Source of the DNA: Chlorobiota bacterium
Lineage (GTDB): Bacteria; Bacteroidota; Ignavibacteria; OLB7
DNA: 64,000 bases
NCBI GenBank assembly: GCA_016788565.1
Contig: JAEUSP010000063.1
Span: forward strand, 71,919 to 135,918
Direction: 5' to 3'
Shown here: piece by piece, positions 49,126-57,978 of the stretch
How the letters are laid out: each line of letters starts with the position of its first letter
How positions within the stretch are numbered: position 1 is the stretch's first letter
The notes under the pieces: model-generated
Seen by the model: the letters and a program-made list of their open reading frames with translations, nothing else
The model's database searches: none
Told to the model about the DNA's origin: nothing
Translations under genes and position numbers: made by a program

Positions 49126-49143
49126 TCTCTTATCTCCTCACTC

Positions 49144-49572
49144 CTATTGCATTGCGCCCATCACCGTTGCCACTACCTTTCGCGTTCCGCCGTGGTTTCT
49201 GTGCTCGCAGAGGTAGATGCCTTGCCATGTTCCAAGCAGCAATCCCCCGTTGGCAATGGGGATGGTTAGCGCGCTTCCAATCAGCACTGCTTTGATGTGT
49301 GCTGGCATATCGTCGGGGCCTTCGTCGGTGTGGCGGTAGTGGCGGGCGTGTTCGGGGGCCAAAATGTTGAAATGCCCCTCAAGGTCGCTACGAACGTCGG
49401 GGCTTGCGTCCTCGTTGATTGCCAACGATGCCGAGGTGTGCTGGATGAAAAGATGCAGCACCCCCACGCTGCAATCCCGAAGCTGGGGCAACGCCGCCAA
49501 CACTTCGTCGGTGATGATGTGGAACCCACGCGAACGCGGGCGCAAGTTGATCTGCTGTTGTGTCCATTCCAT
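49144..49572 (-). CDS. YjbQ/UPF0047-family protein (secondary thiamine-phosphate synthase-like)
   Basis: 142 aa. HIITDEV ... HTSASLAINE ... EGPDDMPAHIKAVL ... LGTWQGIYLCEH matches the UPF0047 pattern. Confidence 0.8.
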   Translation of the reverse strand: MEWTQQQINLRPRSRGFHIITDEVLAALPQLRDCSVGVLHLFIQHTSASLAINEDASPDVRSDLEGHFNILAPEHARHYRHTDEGPDDMPAHIKAVLIGSALTIPIANGGLLLGTWQGIYLCEHRNHGGTRKVVATVMGAMQ

Positions 49573-49589
49573 GATGTGAAAATAGGGGT

Positions 49590-49645
49590 GTGGTGGTGAT
49601 TGGTGATTGGTGATTGGTGATGGTCAGTAGTCAGTAGTCGGTGGG
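49590..49645. repeat. Heptamer tandem array (ggtgatt)x3-(ggtcagta)x2
   Basis: Read directly from the divergent intergenic region. Confidence 0.8.
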
Positions 49646-49690
49646 GGCTTCTGTTTTGTATTACTCCGTGCTTCAGCGCGGAGATTTCGC

Positions 49691-50105
49691 GCCACCTCAC
49701 ATTTCACTCTTCCCACCTCACTCTTCACTCTTCGCTTTGGCCCCCCTCTCCCACTCGACGAATGTGAGGCAACCAGCACTATCACACATTTGGGAGAGGG
49801 CGGGGGGTGAGGGCAGGCGGCGGCGGCTGAGTTCGGTGGCTCACGCTCATACTTCGACGGGGCTCAGCATGAGCCGAGGGCTGGGTTCGCGGTGGTCATT
49901 GGGCAGTGGTCAGTAGTGAGTTTCCGGCTTTGTCTTCATTTCACTCTTCCCACCTCACTCTTCACTCTTCGCTTTGGCCCCCTCTCCCACCCGACGAATG
50001 TGAGGCAACCAGCACTATCACACGCTTGGGAGAGGGCGGGGGGTGAGGGCAGGCAGCGACAGCGGCTGTGTTCGGTGGCTTGGCCGCAATCCGTCGCAAG
50101 GTATT
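49691..50105. repeat. Two direct copies (about 170 bp each, about 240 bp period) of a segment containing the conserved motif tcactcttcccacctcactcttcactcttcg and a long imperfect hairpin (cccctctccca-N40-tgggagaggg)
   Basis: 49691-49850 compared with 49930-50090: nearly identical apart from a few SNPs. Copy 1 additionally carries the 35458-type hairpin element. Confidence 0.8.
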
Positions 50106-50162
50106 GGGCGCGCCCAGAATCCATTGCCACACGGACTGCCCCGTTGTATAATTGCCGCATCT

Positions 50163-52253
50163 ATGACCTTCCTTAATCCTCTGATTCTGATAGCCCTTGC
50201 TGCGGCAGCAATTCCGTTGCTGCTTCATCTGCTCAACCTGCGCAAACTTCGCACGGTTGATTTCTCCTCGCTCCGTTTTTTGAAGGAGCTTCAGAAAAGC
50301 CGCATCCGCCGCCTGAAGCTGAAGCAGTTGTTGCTGCTGCTGCTTCGCATTGGGCTGGTGGTTTTTGCTGTGCTGGCGTTTGCCCGCCCCGCGTTGCGAA
50401 GCTCGTCGGTGCTGCCGGGGGCGCACGCTGCGGCCACCGCTGTTATCCTGATTGACAACTCCTTTTCGATGACCCTGCGCGACGACCAGGGAACCCGATT
50501 CACCCAAGCCAAGCAGGCCGCGTTGGATATTGTGGAGATGCTGGAGGAGAACGACGAAGCCTACATCATCCCGATGACCGACCCGAAAGCCGCCATCAAC
50601 GCCCAGCCGACACGCAACCGCGAGGTGCTGCGGCAGTTGGTGAACGGGCTTGGGCTGAACTTCCGCCGTGCCGATCTGGACGATGCCTTGCGCGCCGCCG
50701 CCACGGTGCTGGATCGCTCCCAAAACATCAATCGCGAACTCTACATCATCACCGATGCCCAACAATCCAACGCCCGTGGGGGAACCGATTCGCTGAAGCT
50801 CTTCACCGGCGATACCCGCATCTACCTTCTTCCCATCGGGGCCAATCATGGGCTGGCCGGAAGCAACCTTGCGCTCGACTCCATCCGTGTGCTTACCTCA
50901 CTGTTTGAACGCGACCGCCCGGTGGAACTTCGCGCTTGGGTGCGCAACTACGGCCAGCGCGATGTTGAAAACGCAACCGTCAGTCTGTATATCGAAGGGA
51001 ATCGTGTGGCGCAATCCGGGGTGGAGGTGAAGGCGGGGGGGAACGCAGTAGTGGAGCTTTCCGCGCCGCCAAAACGGAGCGGGTTGGTGAGCGGACATAT
51101 CCAAGTGGAGGGGGACGATTTTGATTCCGATAACAAACGGTGGTTTGGCTTCCCGGTGGTGGAGCGGATGCGTGTGGCGATTGTTGGAACCCCAGAAAAC
51201 ACCGCCCCGCTTGGGCTGCTGTTCGGCCTGTACGGAACCACACTCACTGCCGACCGCGCCGCCGGAATCGGTGGCTTGGATATGGGCGCGTACTCCACCA
51301 TCATCCTGGCTGACGCGCCCGTGACCCCAGCCGATGCCCGCCGGCTGGGCCAGTTTGTGGAAGAGGGTGGGGGAGTGGTGATCTACGCAGGGCCTTCAAC
51401 CAACCGGGATGCGTTCAACACGGGGTTGGGGGTGAGTTTGGGAATTGGTTTGGGCACGCCAGTAACCGCCACCGACCCATCGGCACCGCTAACGTTTGCT
51501 GCTGTCGAGAAGGAGCATCCGATGTTCAGCGGGGTGTTCGATCCGGCAAACCCGGGCAACATGGTGGAATCCCCCGAACTCACCACAGTTCTTCCCGCAT
51601 CGGGAGGGGAAACCCTGATTCGGCTGACGAACGGAAGCGCGTTTATGAGTGAGTTCCGCAGGGGGCGGGGGCGGGTGGTGTATGTTGGCGCGCCCCCCAG
51701 CGGGGCTTGGGGAAGCCTGGCAACGCGGGGAATTTTTGTGCCGATTGCGTTGCGCAGCGCGCTGTACGTTGGGGCCACCTCCGATCCCTTCCCGCAAGGA
51801 ACCGTTGGCGAAGCAATCACCGTTCCGCTTGCCGCCGCGCAACTGCCAGACCAGGTTCGCGTGACCGGGCCAAACAACCTTGAGCAATTTGTGCCGGTGC
51901 GGAAATATCCATCGGGGGCATCCATCCAAGTGGATAACGCAACCGAGCCGGGAATCTACCGCGTGGATGCTGCGGGAAAGGAGCTGACGTTGTTTGCCGC
52001 CAACATGGGGAGCGGCGAAAGCGACCTAACACCGATGACCGAAAAAGCCTTGCAGCAAGCGATTGGCGTGCGGATGACAAACCCGGCCAACCTCCGCCAG
52101 CTTCAATCCAGCGGAAGCAATTTCGGCGCAGCAATCATCGAATCCCGTTTCGGCCTAGAGTTGTGGAAGTACATGCTTGCGCTGGCCTTACTCTGTGCGT
52201 TTGCCGAGATGTTTGTGGGGAGGGTTCCAAAAAATGCTGAAGCAGGGGGGTGA
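50163..52253 (+). CDS. BatA-N (double-TM aerotolerance-type N-terminal domain) plus VWA-domain membrane protein
   Basis: MTFLNPLILIALAAAAIPLLLHLLNLRKLRTVDFSSLRFL matches the BatA N-terminal double-TM domain. A VWA-like region (AVILIDNSFSM). A C-terminal TM helix. About 697 aa from the ATG at 50163. Confidence 0.6.
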   Translation: MTFLNPLILIALAAAAIPLLLHLLNLRKLRTVDFSSLRFLKELQKSRIRRLKLKQLLLLLLRIGLVVFAVLAFARPALRSSSVLPGAHAAATAVILIDNSFSMTLRDDQGTRFTQAKQAALDIVEMLEENDEAYIIPMTDPKAAINAQPTRNREVLRQLVNGLGLNFRRADLDDALRAAATVLDRSQNINRELYIITDAQQSNARGGTDSLKLFTGDTRIYLLPIGANHGLAGSNLALDSIRVLTSLFERDRPVELRAWVRNYGQRDVENATVSLYIEGNRVAQSGVEVKAGGNAVVELSAPPKRSGLVSGHIQVEGDDFDSDNKRWFGFPVVERMRVAIVGTPENTAPLGLLFGLYGTTLTADRAAGIGGLDMGAYSTIILADAPVTPADARRLGQFVEEGGGVVIYAGPSTNRDAFNTGLGVSLGIGLGTPVTATDPSAPLTFAAVEKEHPMFSGVFDPANPGNMVESPELTTVLPASGGETLIRLTNGSAFMSEFRRGRGRVVYVGAPPSGAWGSLATRGIFVPIALRSALYVGATSDPFPQGTVGEAITVPLAAAQLPDQVRVTGPNNLEQFVPVRKYPSGASIQVDNATEPGIYRVDAAGKELTLFAANMGSGESDLTPMTEKALQQAIGVRMTNPANLRQLQSSGSNFGAAIIESRFGLELWKYMLALALLCAFAEMFVGRVPKNAEAGG

Positions 52254-52263
52254 GATTCTGTGG

Positions 52264-52400
52264 GTGGTCAGTTGTCAGTTGTCAGTTGTCAGTTGTCATT
52301 AGTCAGTTTCCGGCTTTGACTTCATCTCACTCTTCACTCTTCACTCTTCACTTTGGCTTTGGCTTCGTTTCACTCTTCCCAACTCACTCTTCACTCTTCG
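52264..52400. repeat. Heptamer arrays (gtcagtt)x4 and (cactctt)x3 ending in the conserved tail ttcactcttcccaactcactcttcactcttcg, upstream of ubiE
   Basis: Read directly. The tail motif is shared with 49704, 49940 and 54033. Confidence 0.85.
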
Positions 52401-52584
52401 ATGCCGCAGGTGTGTGAGCAGTGAACGCTATAGTTTCTATTTCCTACTTCCTATTTCCTCCCCTCCCCCCACCCGGGATGCAATTTGGAAACCTTCACCC
52501 GTGAAGGATTCGGCAAGTTTGCGGCGGTGTTCGGCAACGGGGTTGCCGCGCCACATCTTCATTCAGGACAATCACAACGCCTTC

Positions 52585-53274
52585 ATGTCCGAGCAAGTTC
52601 GCTTGATGTTCACGGAAATTGCCGAGCGGTACGATGCCGGCAACGACGCGCTCTCCTTTGGCACTCATCGCCTTTGGAAACGCCGATTGATCCGCCGCGC
52701 CGCTGTCCGCCCCGGCGCGCAGGTGCTGGACGTTGCCACCGGAACCGGCGACATCGCGCTCCGGTTTGCCGATGCTGTTGGTCCGCAGGGGAGCGTGGTG
52801 GGGGTTGATTTTTCTGCCAAGATGATCCAGCAAGCCAAGCAACGCCCCAACAACCAAAAGCCCAACCTCAGCTTTGAAGTCGGCGATGCCATGGGCCTCC
52901 GCTTCCCCGATAACAGCTTCGATGCAACCTCCATCTCCTTCGGCATCCGCAACGTTGATGAACCCGTGGTCGCGCTTCGCGAAATGCGCCGCGTTGTGAA
53001 ACCCGGCGGGCGTGTTCTGGTGATGGAGTTCGGCCAGCCGCGTGGATTGTTCGGGGCGTTGTACCGTTTCTACATCAGCAACATCGGTCCGATTATCGGC
53101 GGCATTATCAGCGGCAAACGCTACGCCTACCAGTATCTGGATCGCACCGCGGCTGCGTTCCCCGCCGGCCAAGCGTTTCTGGAGTTGATGAAACAAGCCG
53201 GGTTCCAAAACCCAACAAAAGAAGCGTTGTTCGGGGGGATTGCCTACATCTACATTGGGGTGAAAGAGAATTGA
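52585..53274 (+). CDS. ubiE: Demethylmenaquinone/ubiquinone C-methyltransferase UbiE/MenG
   Basis: MFTEIAERYDAGNDALSFGTHRLWKR ... VLDVATGTGDIA (SAM motif I) ... ending ..GGIAYIYIGVK, typical of UbiE/MenG. Confidence 0.85.
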   Translation: MSEQVRLMFTEIAERYDAGNDALSFGTHRLWKRRLIRRAAVRPGAQVLDVATGTGDIALRFADAVGPQGSVVGVDFSAKMIQQAKQRPNNQKPNLSFEVGDAMGLRFPDNSFDATSISFGIRNVDEPVVALREMRRVVKPGGRVLVMEFGQPRGLFGALYRFYISNIGPIIGGIISGKRYAYQYLDRTAAAFPAGQAFLELMKQAGFQNPTKEALFGGIAYIYIGVKEN

Positions 53275-53290
53275 AAATGGAGAATTGAAA

Positions 53291-53911
53291 ATGGAGACTG
53301 AGTTGATGTTGCGGCATTCCATCACCGTCGGTATTTCTGGCGGAAGCGGCGCGGTGTATGCGGTGCGACTTCTTGAAATACTTCCACGGTACTACCGCCG
53401 TGTGAACATCGTCATGTCGAACGCTGCGCGCCAGGTGCTTGCCCAGGAGGTTGATGTTGTGGCCCCGGCAGCCGGCGCGTGGGGGTTGCCAAACGCCACG
53501 CCGGAAGAAGCCGAACGGGTCCTGATCTGGAACAACCAGAACTACAACGCGCCGTTTGCCAGCGGAAGCAATTGCCCCGACCAGATGGTGATTGTCCCGT
53601 GTTCGATGAGCACCGTTGCAAGCATCGCCCACGGCATTGACCAAAACCTGATGCACCATGCCGCAGCGGTGATGCTGAAGGAGAAAAAACAACTCATTCT
53701 TGTCCCCCGCGAGACTCCGCTGTCGGCCATCCACCTGCGAAATATGCTCACGCTGGCCGAGCTGGGTGTGACGTTGGTTCCGGCAATGCCCGGCTTCTAC
53801 AGCGGCCAATCAACCTTCGATGACCTTATCAACTTCGTCCTGCAGAAAGTGCTGAACCAACTGAACATTGATCTGAAACTTAGCAGGAAATGGGGGGAGG
53901 GAGGGGGGTGA
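53291..53911 (+). CDS. ubiX: UbiX/Pad1-family flavin prenyltransferase (possibly an MqnM-type role in the futalosine pathway)
   Basis: ITVGISGGSGAVYAVRLLE ... LVPRETPLSAIHLRNMLTLAELG is the UbiX signature. The first ATG is at 53291; the ORF track starts at an upstream TTG. Confidence 0.8.
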   Translation: METELMLRHSITVGISGGSGAVYAVRLLEILPRYYRRVNIVMSNAARQVLAQEVDVVAPAAGAWGLPNATPEEAERVLIWNNQNYNAPFASGSNCPDQMVIVPCSMSTVASIAHGIDQNLMHHAAAVMLKEKKQLILVPRETPLSAIHLRNMLTLAELGVTLVPAMPGFYSGQSTFDDLINFVLQKVLNQLNIDLKLSRKWGEGGG

Positions 53912-53924
53912 TGAATGTGGTCAG

Positions 53925-54065
53925 TGGTCAGTGGTCAGTGGTCAGTGGTCAGTGGTCAGTGGTGAGTGGTCAGTGGTGAGTGGTGAGTGGTGAGTGGTGA
54001 GTGGTGAGTGGTGAGTGGTTGGTGTTGGCTCTATCTCACTCTTCCCATCTCACTCTTCACTCTTC
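53925..54065. repeat. Heptamer arrays (gtggtca)x6 and (gtggtga)x7 plus the conserved tail tctcactcttcccatctcactcttcactcttcg, upstream of the MqnC/E-like gene
   Basis: Read directly. Confidence 0.85.
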
Positions 54066-54141
54066 GACATGGGTGAGGGTTGGCAGCGACGGCGAGCAGC
54101 ACAAAAAAGATCAACAACTAAAACAGTTTTTCCAGACCTCC

Positions 54142-55224
54142 ATGTCTTCCAAACTCCTATCCCGCGTTCGCTCCTTGCTTGAACGGCAGGAACGAATCGG
54201 CGTTGATGATTGCCAGGAATTATTCCAGGTGAAGGACCTTGCGGCGATTGCCACGCTTGCCCGCATCCCACGCGAACGCCGCCACGGCCGCAACGCCCAC
54301 TATCGCGCCATTGTCCCGCTAACCGTTGCCACCGTTGATGACCTTGCCCAAGCTGGCGGCCAGTTGGAACCTGAGTCCGGGGCGGTTGGGATTGCGGTTC
54401 GGCCTGATGGCCAGGCTGCCGCCACGCTGGGGGCGTTGATGGAGCTGCAATCCGCCATGCGATTGCTTCCGTTGCCCGCTACTCTCTTCATTTCTGCAGG
54501 AATCATTGCACGCGCTGCCGAAGCCACGGGAAGCTCAATCCCCGAAGCAGTGCAAGCGTTGGCGGGTGGTGGCGGGGTGTTCATCAACGGCGACGAAGCC
54601 GAGCTTTCCGACGCGACGTTCCGCACGGCGCACACCGCCGCTGCAATCCCATTTCCGCAGTGGCTTGCTGTTCACCGCGCCGCCCATGCCGCAGGGCTGA
54701 AAACTGGTGCTTCAATGCTCTACACCGTCCACGATCGCCCAGCGGAATATGCCGCACATCTTCAGGCGATTCGCCAGCTTCAGGATGAAACCAACGGCTT
54801 CGTTCAGTTTGTGCCGATGGGGGTCCAAAACAGGGATGTTGCCGAGTGGTATCTGGTTGCGCCAACCGCAGCGCAATCGCTTCGTGTGGTGGCGGTTGCG
54901 CGGATGTTCTTGGATTCCATCCCCCACATCGCCGTTGCCCCGTCGTTGATTACCAGCGAAGAATCGTTTGTGGCCTTAAGCTACGGAGCCAACATGGTGG
55001 ATTCCACCATCGCCGTTGGCGACGTTTGTTCCGATGAAGGTTTGGGCGTTGCCGCTGCGGAGGGGGCTTCGCTTCCGGTGATTGCCGCATCCACGGCGCG
55101 CCAGCGTGGCGGAATCCTTCCGCGAACTATTCACAGCCGGATTGTTGAATCCCGCCACATCCCGGTTCCGATGGACGCGGCCTTCGGCGAAATTTCATCC
55201 CTGACTATTCTTGCCCAGCAGTAA
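54142..55224 (+). CDS. MqnC/MqnE-family (radical-SAM-fold) paralog that lacks the CxxxCxxC cluster-binding cysteines
   Basis: It aligns along its whole length with the C-terminal half of the next gene (shared GxGAEI..D.VR, WL.VHR, MLY, IRQLQDE motifs). At the cluster-binding site it reads RNAHYRAIVPLTVATVDD where the neighbour has RNINYTNVCNVDCGFCGF. Confidence 0.55.
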   Translation: MSSKLLSRVRSLLERQERIGVDDCQELFQVKDLAAIATLARIPRERRHGRNAHYRAIVPLTVATVDDLAQAGGQLEPESGAVGIAVRPDGQAAATLGALMELQSAMRLLPLPATLFISAGIIARAAEATGSSIPEAVQALAGGGGVFINGDEAELSDATFRTAHTAAAIPFPQWLAVHRAAHAAGLKTGASMLYTVHDRPAEYAAHLQAIRQLQDETNGFVQFVPMGVQNRDVAEWYLVAPTAAQSLRVVAVARMFLDSIPHIAVAPSLITSEESFVALSYGANMVDSTIAVGDVCSDEGLGVAAAEGASLPVIAASTARQRGGILPRTIHSRIVESRHIPVPMDAAFGEISSLTILAQQ

Positions 55225-55247
55225 CAACCCAGAACGGAGAACATTCC

Positions 55248-57245
55248 ATGCCAACACTTGCACCTTCCCGAAAAAAACTGCGCGTGGTCGCGGCGGACTT
55301 CCTGAACTCGCTTCCACTAACCGTGGAAATGGCCGAAGATGAGTTGTTCAATTTCGAATATGTGATCCCCAGCGAAGGGGCGCGCCGAATGATGGAGCAG
55401 GAAGCCGACATCGCTTTGTTGCCGGTGGCGGCCGTGGCCGAGATTGGCGGCTTGGAGGTTGTCCCCGGCCCTTGCATCGGCGCAAACGGAAGGGTGGAGT
55501 CGGTGGTGATTGTCAGCCAGGTTCCGCTGGATAAGGTTCAGCGATTGCTGATTGACAACGCCAGCCGGACCTCGGTGGTGCTGGCAAAAATTTTCATGGA
55601 TTCGGTGGGGAAAGGTGACATCCCATTTATTCGGATGCCGGGCCAAGCGATTCCGGCAAACGTGAAAGGGACTGATGCTGGCCTTCTGATTGCCGACATC
55701 GCTTTCCGCGAATCGAAGCAGTTCAAATATCGCCACGACCTTGCCGATGCGTGGAAACGATTAACTGGCGAACCGTTTGTTTTTGCCGTCTGGGCTGCGC
55801 AGCCCGGGGTGCTTACTCCAGAGTTGGTGGAGCGAATCAACCGCCGGTTTTGGGATGGGATTGCCCGCAAGCATCAGATTATTGAGGAGTGGGCCGCGAA
55901 ACATGGAATGCCAAAAGCTGAGGTGGCCGATTATTTGGATGAGCGCATTCAGTTCAATCTGAACAAATCCGCGTGGTACGGAATGCAGGAATTTTTCCGG
56001 TTGGGAAGCAACATGCGATTGCTTCCCGATGCACGGGTGGAATTTGCCACGCCGCAGGAACCGCAAAACGGCATCAACACCTTCGGCAAATTTGTGCCGG
56101 AGGTTGTCCCCTACAGCCGCAGCTATGGCGTGGATCGAATTTTGGCGCGCGCCGATGCTGGCCGCCGCATCAGCATCCACGATGCCGAACGGCTCTATCT
56201 GGAGGCGGACTTGACCGACATCGGTGAGGTTGCCAACAACATCCGCAATCGGATGAACCCTGGCGGGCGTGTCAGCTACATTATTGCCCGCAACATCAAC
56301 TACACCAACGTCTGCAATGTGGATTGCGGTTTCTGCGGATTCTACCGCAGCGATGACCCCAAGCGCAAAGGCCACAACGAAGGCTACGTCCTGACCCGCC
56401 AGCAGCTCCGCGAAAAAATGGATGAGCTTGCCGACGGCGATGGTGTGCAGGCATTGGTGCAAGGTGGGGTGAACCCAAATTTGCCGCTGGAATACTACAC
56501 CGACTTGCTCCGTTGGATGAAACGTGAGTGGCCGCAAATCCAGCAAAACAGTTTCAGTGCCGACGAGGTTCTGGGGCTGTGTCCGAACACAACTCCGCAA
56601 GAAATTTCCGCCGTGCTGCACGCCTTGCGCGATGCTGGTTTGGACACCTTTGCTGGTGCCGGGGCGGAGATTCTGGTAGATAAAGTTCGCAAGCGGGTAA
56701 GCTACAAGAAGAGCCGCTCGGCGGTGTGGTTAGAGGTGATGCGGCAGGTGGGGATCATGGGGATGAAGGCCTCGGTGACGATGCTGTACGGCATGGGAGA
56801 AACCACCCGTGATAAGTTTGCGCACATGGCAAAAATTCGCCAGTTGCAAGATGAAGTTTCCCCGTTTATGGTGTTTATCACGTGGCCGTACCAGAAAGGC
56901 CCTGAGCAGAAAATTAAATCGTTCGACCAAGCCGGGGCAACGTATTTACGGGTGCAGGGGATTTCGCGAATTTTCTTCGATAATATCCAGCACATCATGT
57001 GCAGTTGGGTGACACAAGGCCCTGACATCGGCCAGACCGCGCTTTATTATGGAGCCGATGATTTTGGGTCGGTGATGTTCGAGGAGAACGTGGTATCGGC
57101 CAGCGGAACCACCTACAAAATGAACGCAAACTCCATGGAGCATTGCATCCGCGAAGCAGGCTTTATTCCATTCCGCCGCAAAGGGGATTTTAGCGAGTGG
57201 GACTTGGTGGAGCATCAGATGCTGCAAAATACTCGCGTACTATGA
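55248..57245 (+). CDS. Fusion of MqnA (chorismate dehydratase, PBP-like fold) with a radical-SAM MqnE/MqnC-type enzyme (futalosine menaquinone pathway)
   Basis: The N-terminal approximately 270 aa are MqnA-like (LRVVAADFLNSLPL..). The C-terminal approximately 380 aa carry NINYTNVCNVDCGFCGF (Cx3Cx2C) and MqnC/E/CofH-like motifs. Which of MqnC or MqnE it is cannot be decided by eye. Confidence 0.65.
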   Translation: MPTLAPSRKKLRVVAADFLNSLPLTVEMAEDELFNFEYVIPSEGARRMMEQEADIALLPVAAVAEIGGLEVVPGPCIGANGRVESVVIVSQVPLDKVQRLLIDNASRTSVVLAKIFMDSVGKGDIPFIRMPGQAIPANVKGTDAGLLIADIAFRESKQFKYRHDLADAWKRLTGEPFVFAVWAAQPGVLTPELVERINRRFWDGIARKHQIIEEWAAKHGMPKAEVADYLDERIQFNLNKSAWYGMQEFFRLGSNMRLLPDARVEFATPQEPQNGINTFGKFVPEVVPYSRSYGVDRILARADAGRRISIHDAERLYLEADLTDIGEVANNIRNRMNPGGRVSYIIARNINYTNVCNVDCGFCGFYRSDDPKRKGHNEGYVLTRQQLREKMDELADGDGVQALVQGGVNPNLPLEYYTDLLRWMKREWPQIQQNSFSADEVLGLCPNTTPQEISAVLHALRDAGLDTFAGAGAEILVDKVRKRVSYKKSRSAVWLEVMRQVGIMGMKASVTMLYGMGETTRDKFAHMAKIRQLQDEVSPFMVFITWPYQKGPEQKIKSFDQAGATYLRVQGISRIFFDNIQHIMCSWVTQGPDIGQTALYYGADDFGSVMFEENVVSASGTTYKMNANSMEHCIREAGFIPFRRKGDFSEWDLVEHQMLQNTRVL

Positions 57246-57377
57246 TTTTAATGATTGAATGAGGACTATGATTTATTTTGATGGGGGTGAGCTGTAGAAG
57301 GCATGCATTTTTTACAGGATAAATTGTTCGTGTATTAAGAAAGAATAGTGGGATAACCAATTTAATGGAGGGATGTT

Positions 57378-57797
57378 GTGATAAAGCCAGAATATCAGGA
57401 TAGCGAGCTGACAGGCAAAATCATTGGCTGTGCTATGGAGGTTCATAAGTATTTGGGCAATGGTTTTCAGGAGGTGATTTATCAGCGGTCATTAGCTATT
57501 GAAATGCGATTGCAGGGGCTATCTTTTGAGCGAGAGTTTGAAATGCCTTTGTTTTATAAAGGTGAGAGTGTAGGTTCAAGGCGTGTGGATTTTTTTGTGG
57601 AAGGGAAAATAATGGTTGAATTAAAAGCCGTTATCCAGTTAGAAGATGTGCATTTGGCACAAGCCATCAATTATCTGGAGGCATATAAAATGAAAATCGG
57701 ACTTCTCATCAATTTTGGCAATAGAAGTCTGCAATTTAAAAGGGTTATGAAGCCAAGCGGAAAAAGTCAAAGCTCATCAAAAAAACAAACACAATAA
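57378..57797 (+). CDS. GxxExxY-family protein (PD-(D/E)xK-like), in an AT-rich islet
   Basis: GKIIGCAMEVHKYLGNGFQEVIYQRSL contains the GxxExxY motif. 139 aa. GC is markedly lower than the flanks. Confidence 0.75.
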   Translation: MIKPEYQDSELTGKIIGCAMEVHKYLGNGFQEVIYQRSLAIEMRLQGLSFEREFEMPLFYKGESVGSRRVDFFVEGKIMVELKAVIQLEDVHLAQAINYLEAYKMKIGLLINFGNRSLQFKRVMKPSGKSQSSSKKQTQ

Positions 57798-57860
57798 GAA
57801 TCGGGCTTCTCATCAACTTTGACAAAAGAAGCCTGCAATTGAAAACGGCTATGAGTCCAA
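57795..57860. pseudogene. Remnant duplicate of the 3' end of a GxxExxY-family gene
   Basis: aatcgggcttctcatcaactttgacaaaagaagcctgcaattgaaaacggctatgagtccaagc is about 80% identical to 57695-57760 (the end of the intact gene). Confidence 0.5.
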
Positions 57861-57978
57861 GCAAAGAAATCATAGCCAATCAAATAATCACATACAATCA
57901 TAGTCAAAGATACAAGGGGGCAACAGCACAACTGTTGCCCCCTTGTTGTTAAAACAATCAAATGCTTGATACTTACCC

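Noticed and set aside
48640-49140. tmRNA, RNase P RNA, SRP RNA or 6S RNA in the long non-coding stretch
   Set aside because: None of the conserved signature sequences could be found by eye (tag-peptide reading frame plus CCA end; GGUAAGAGCGCACC-like P RNA core; SRP GGAAGCAG-type domain IV).
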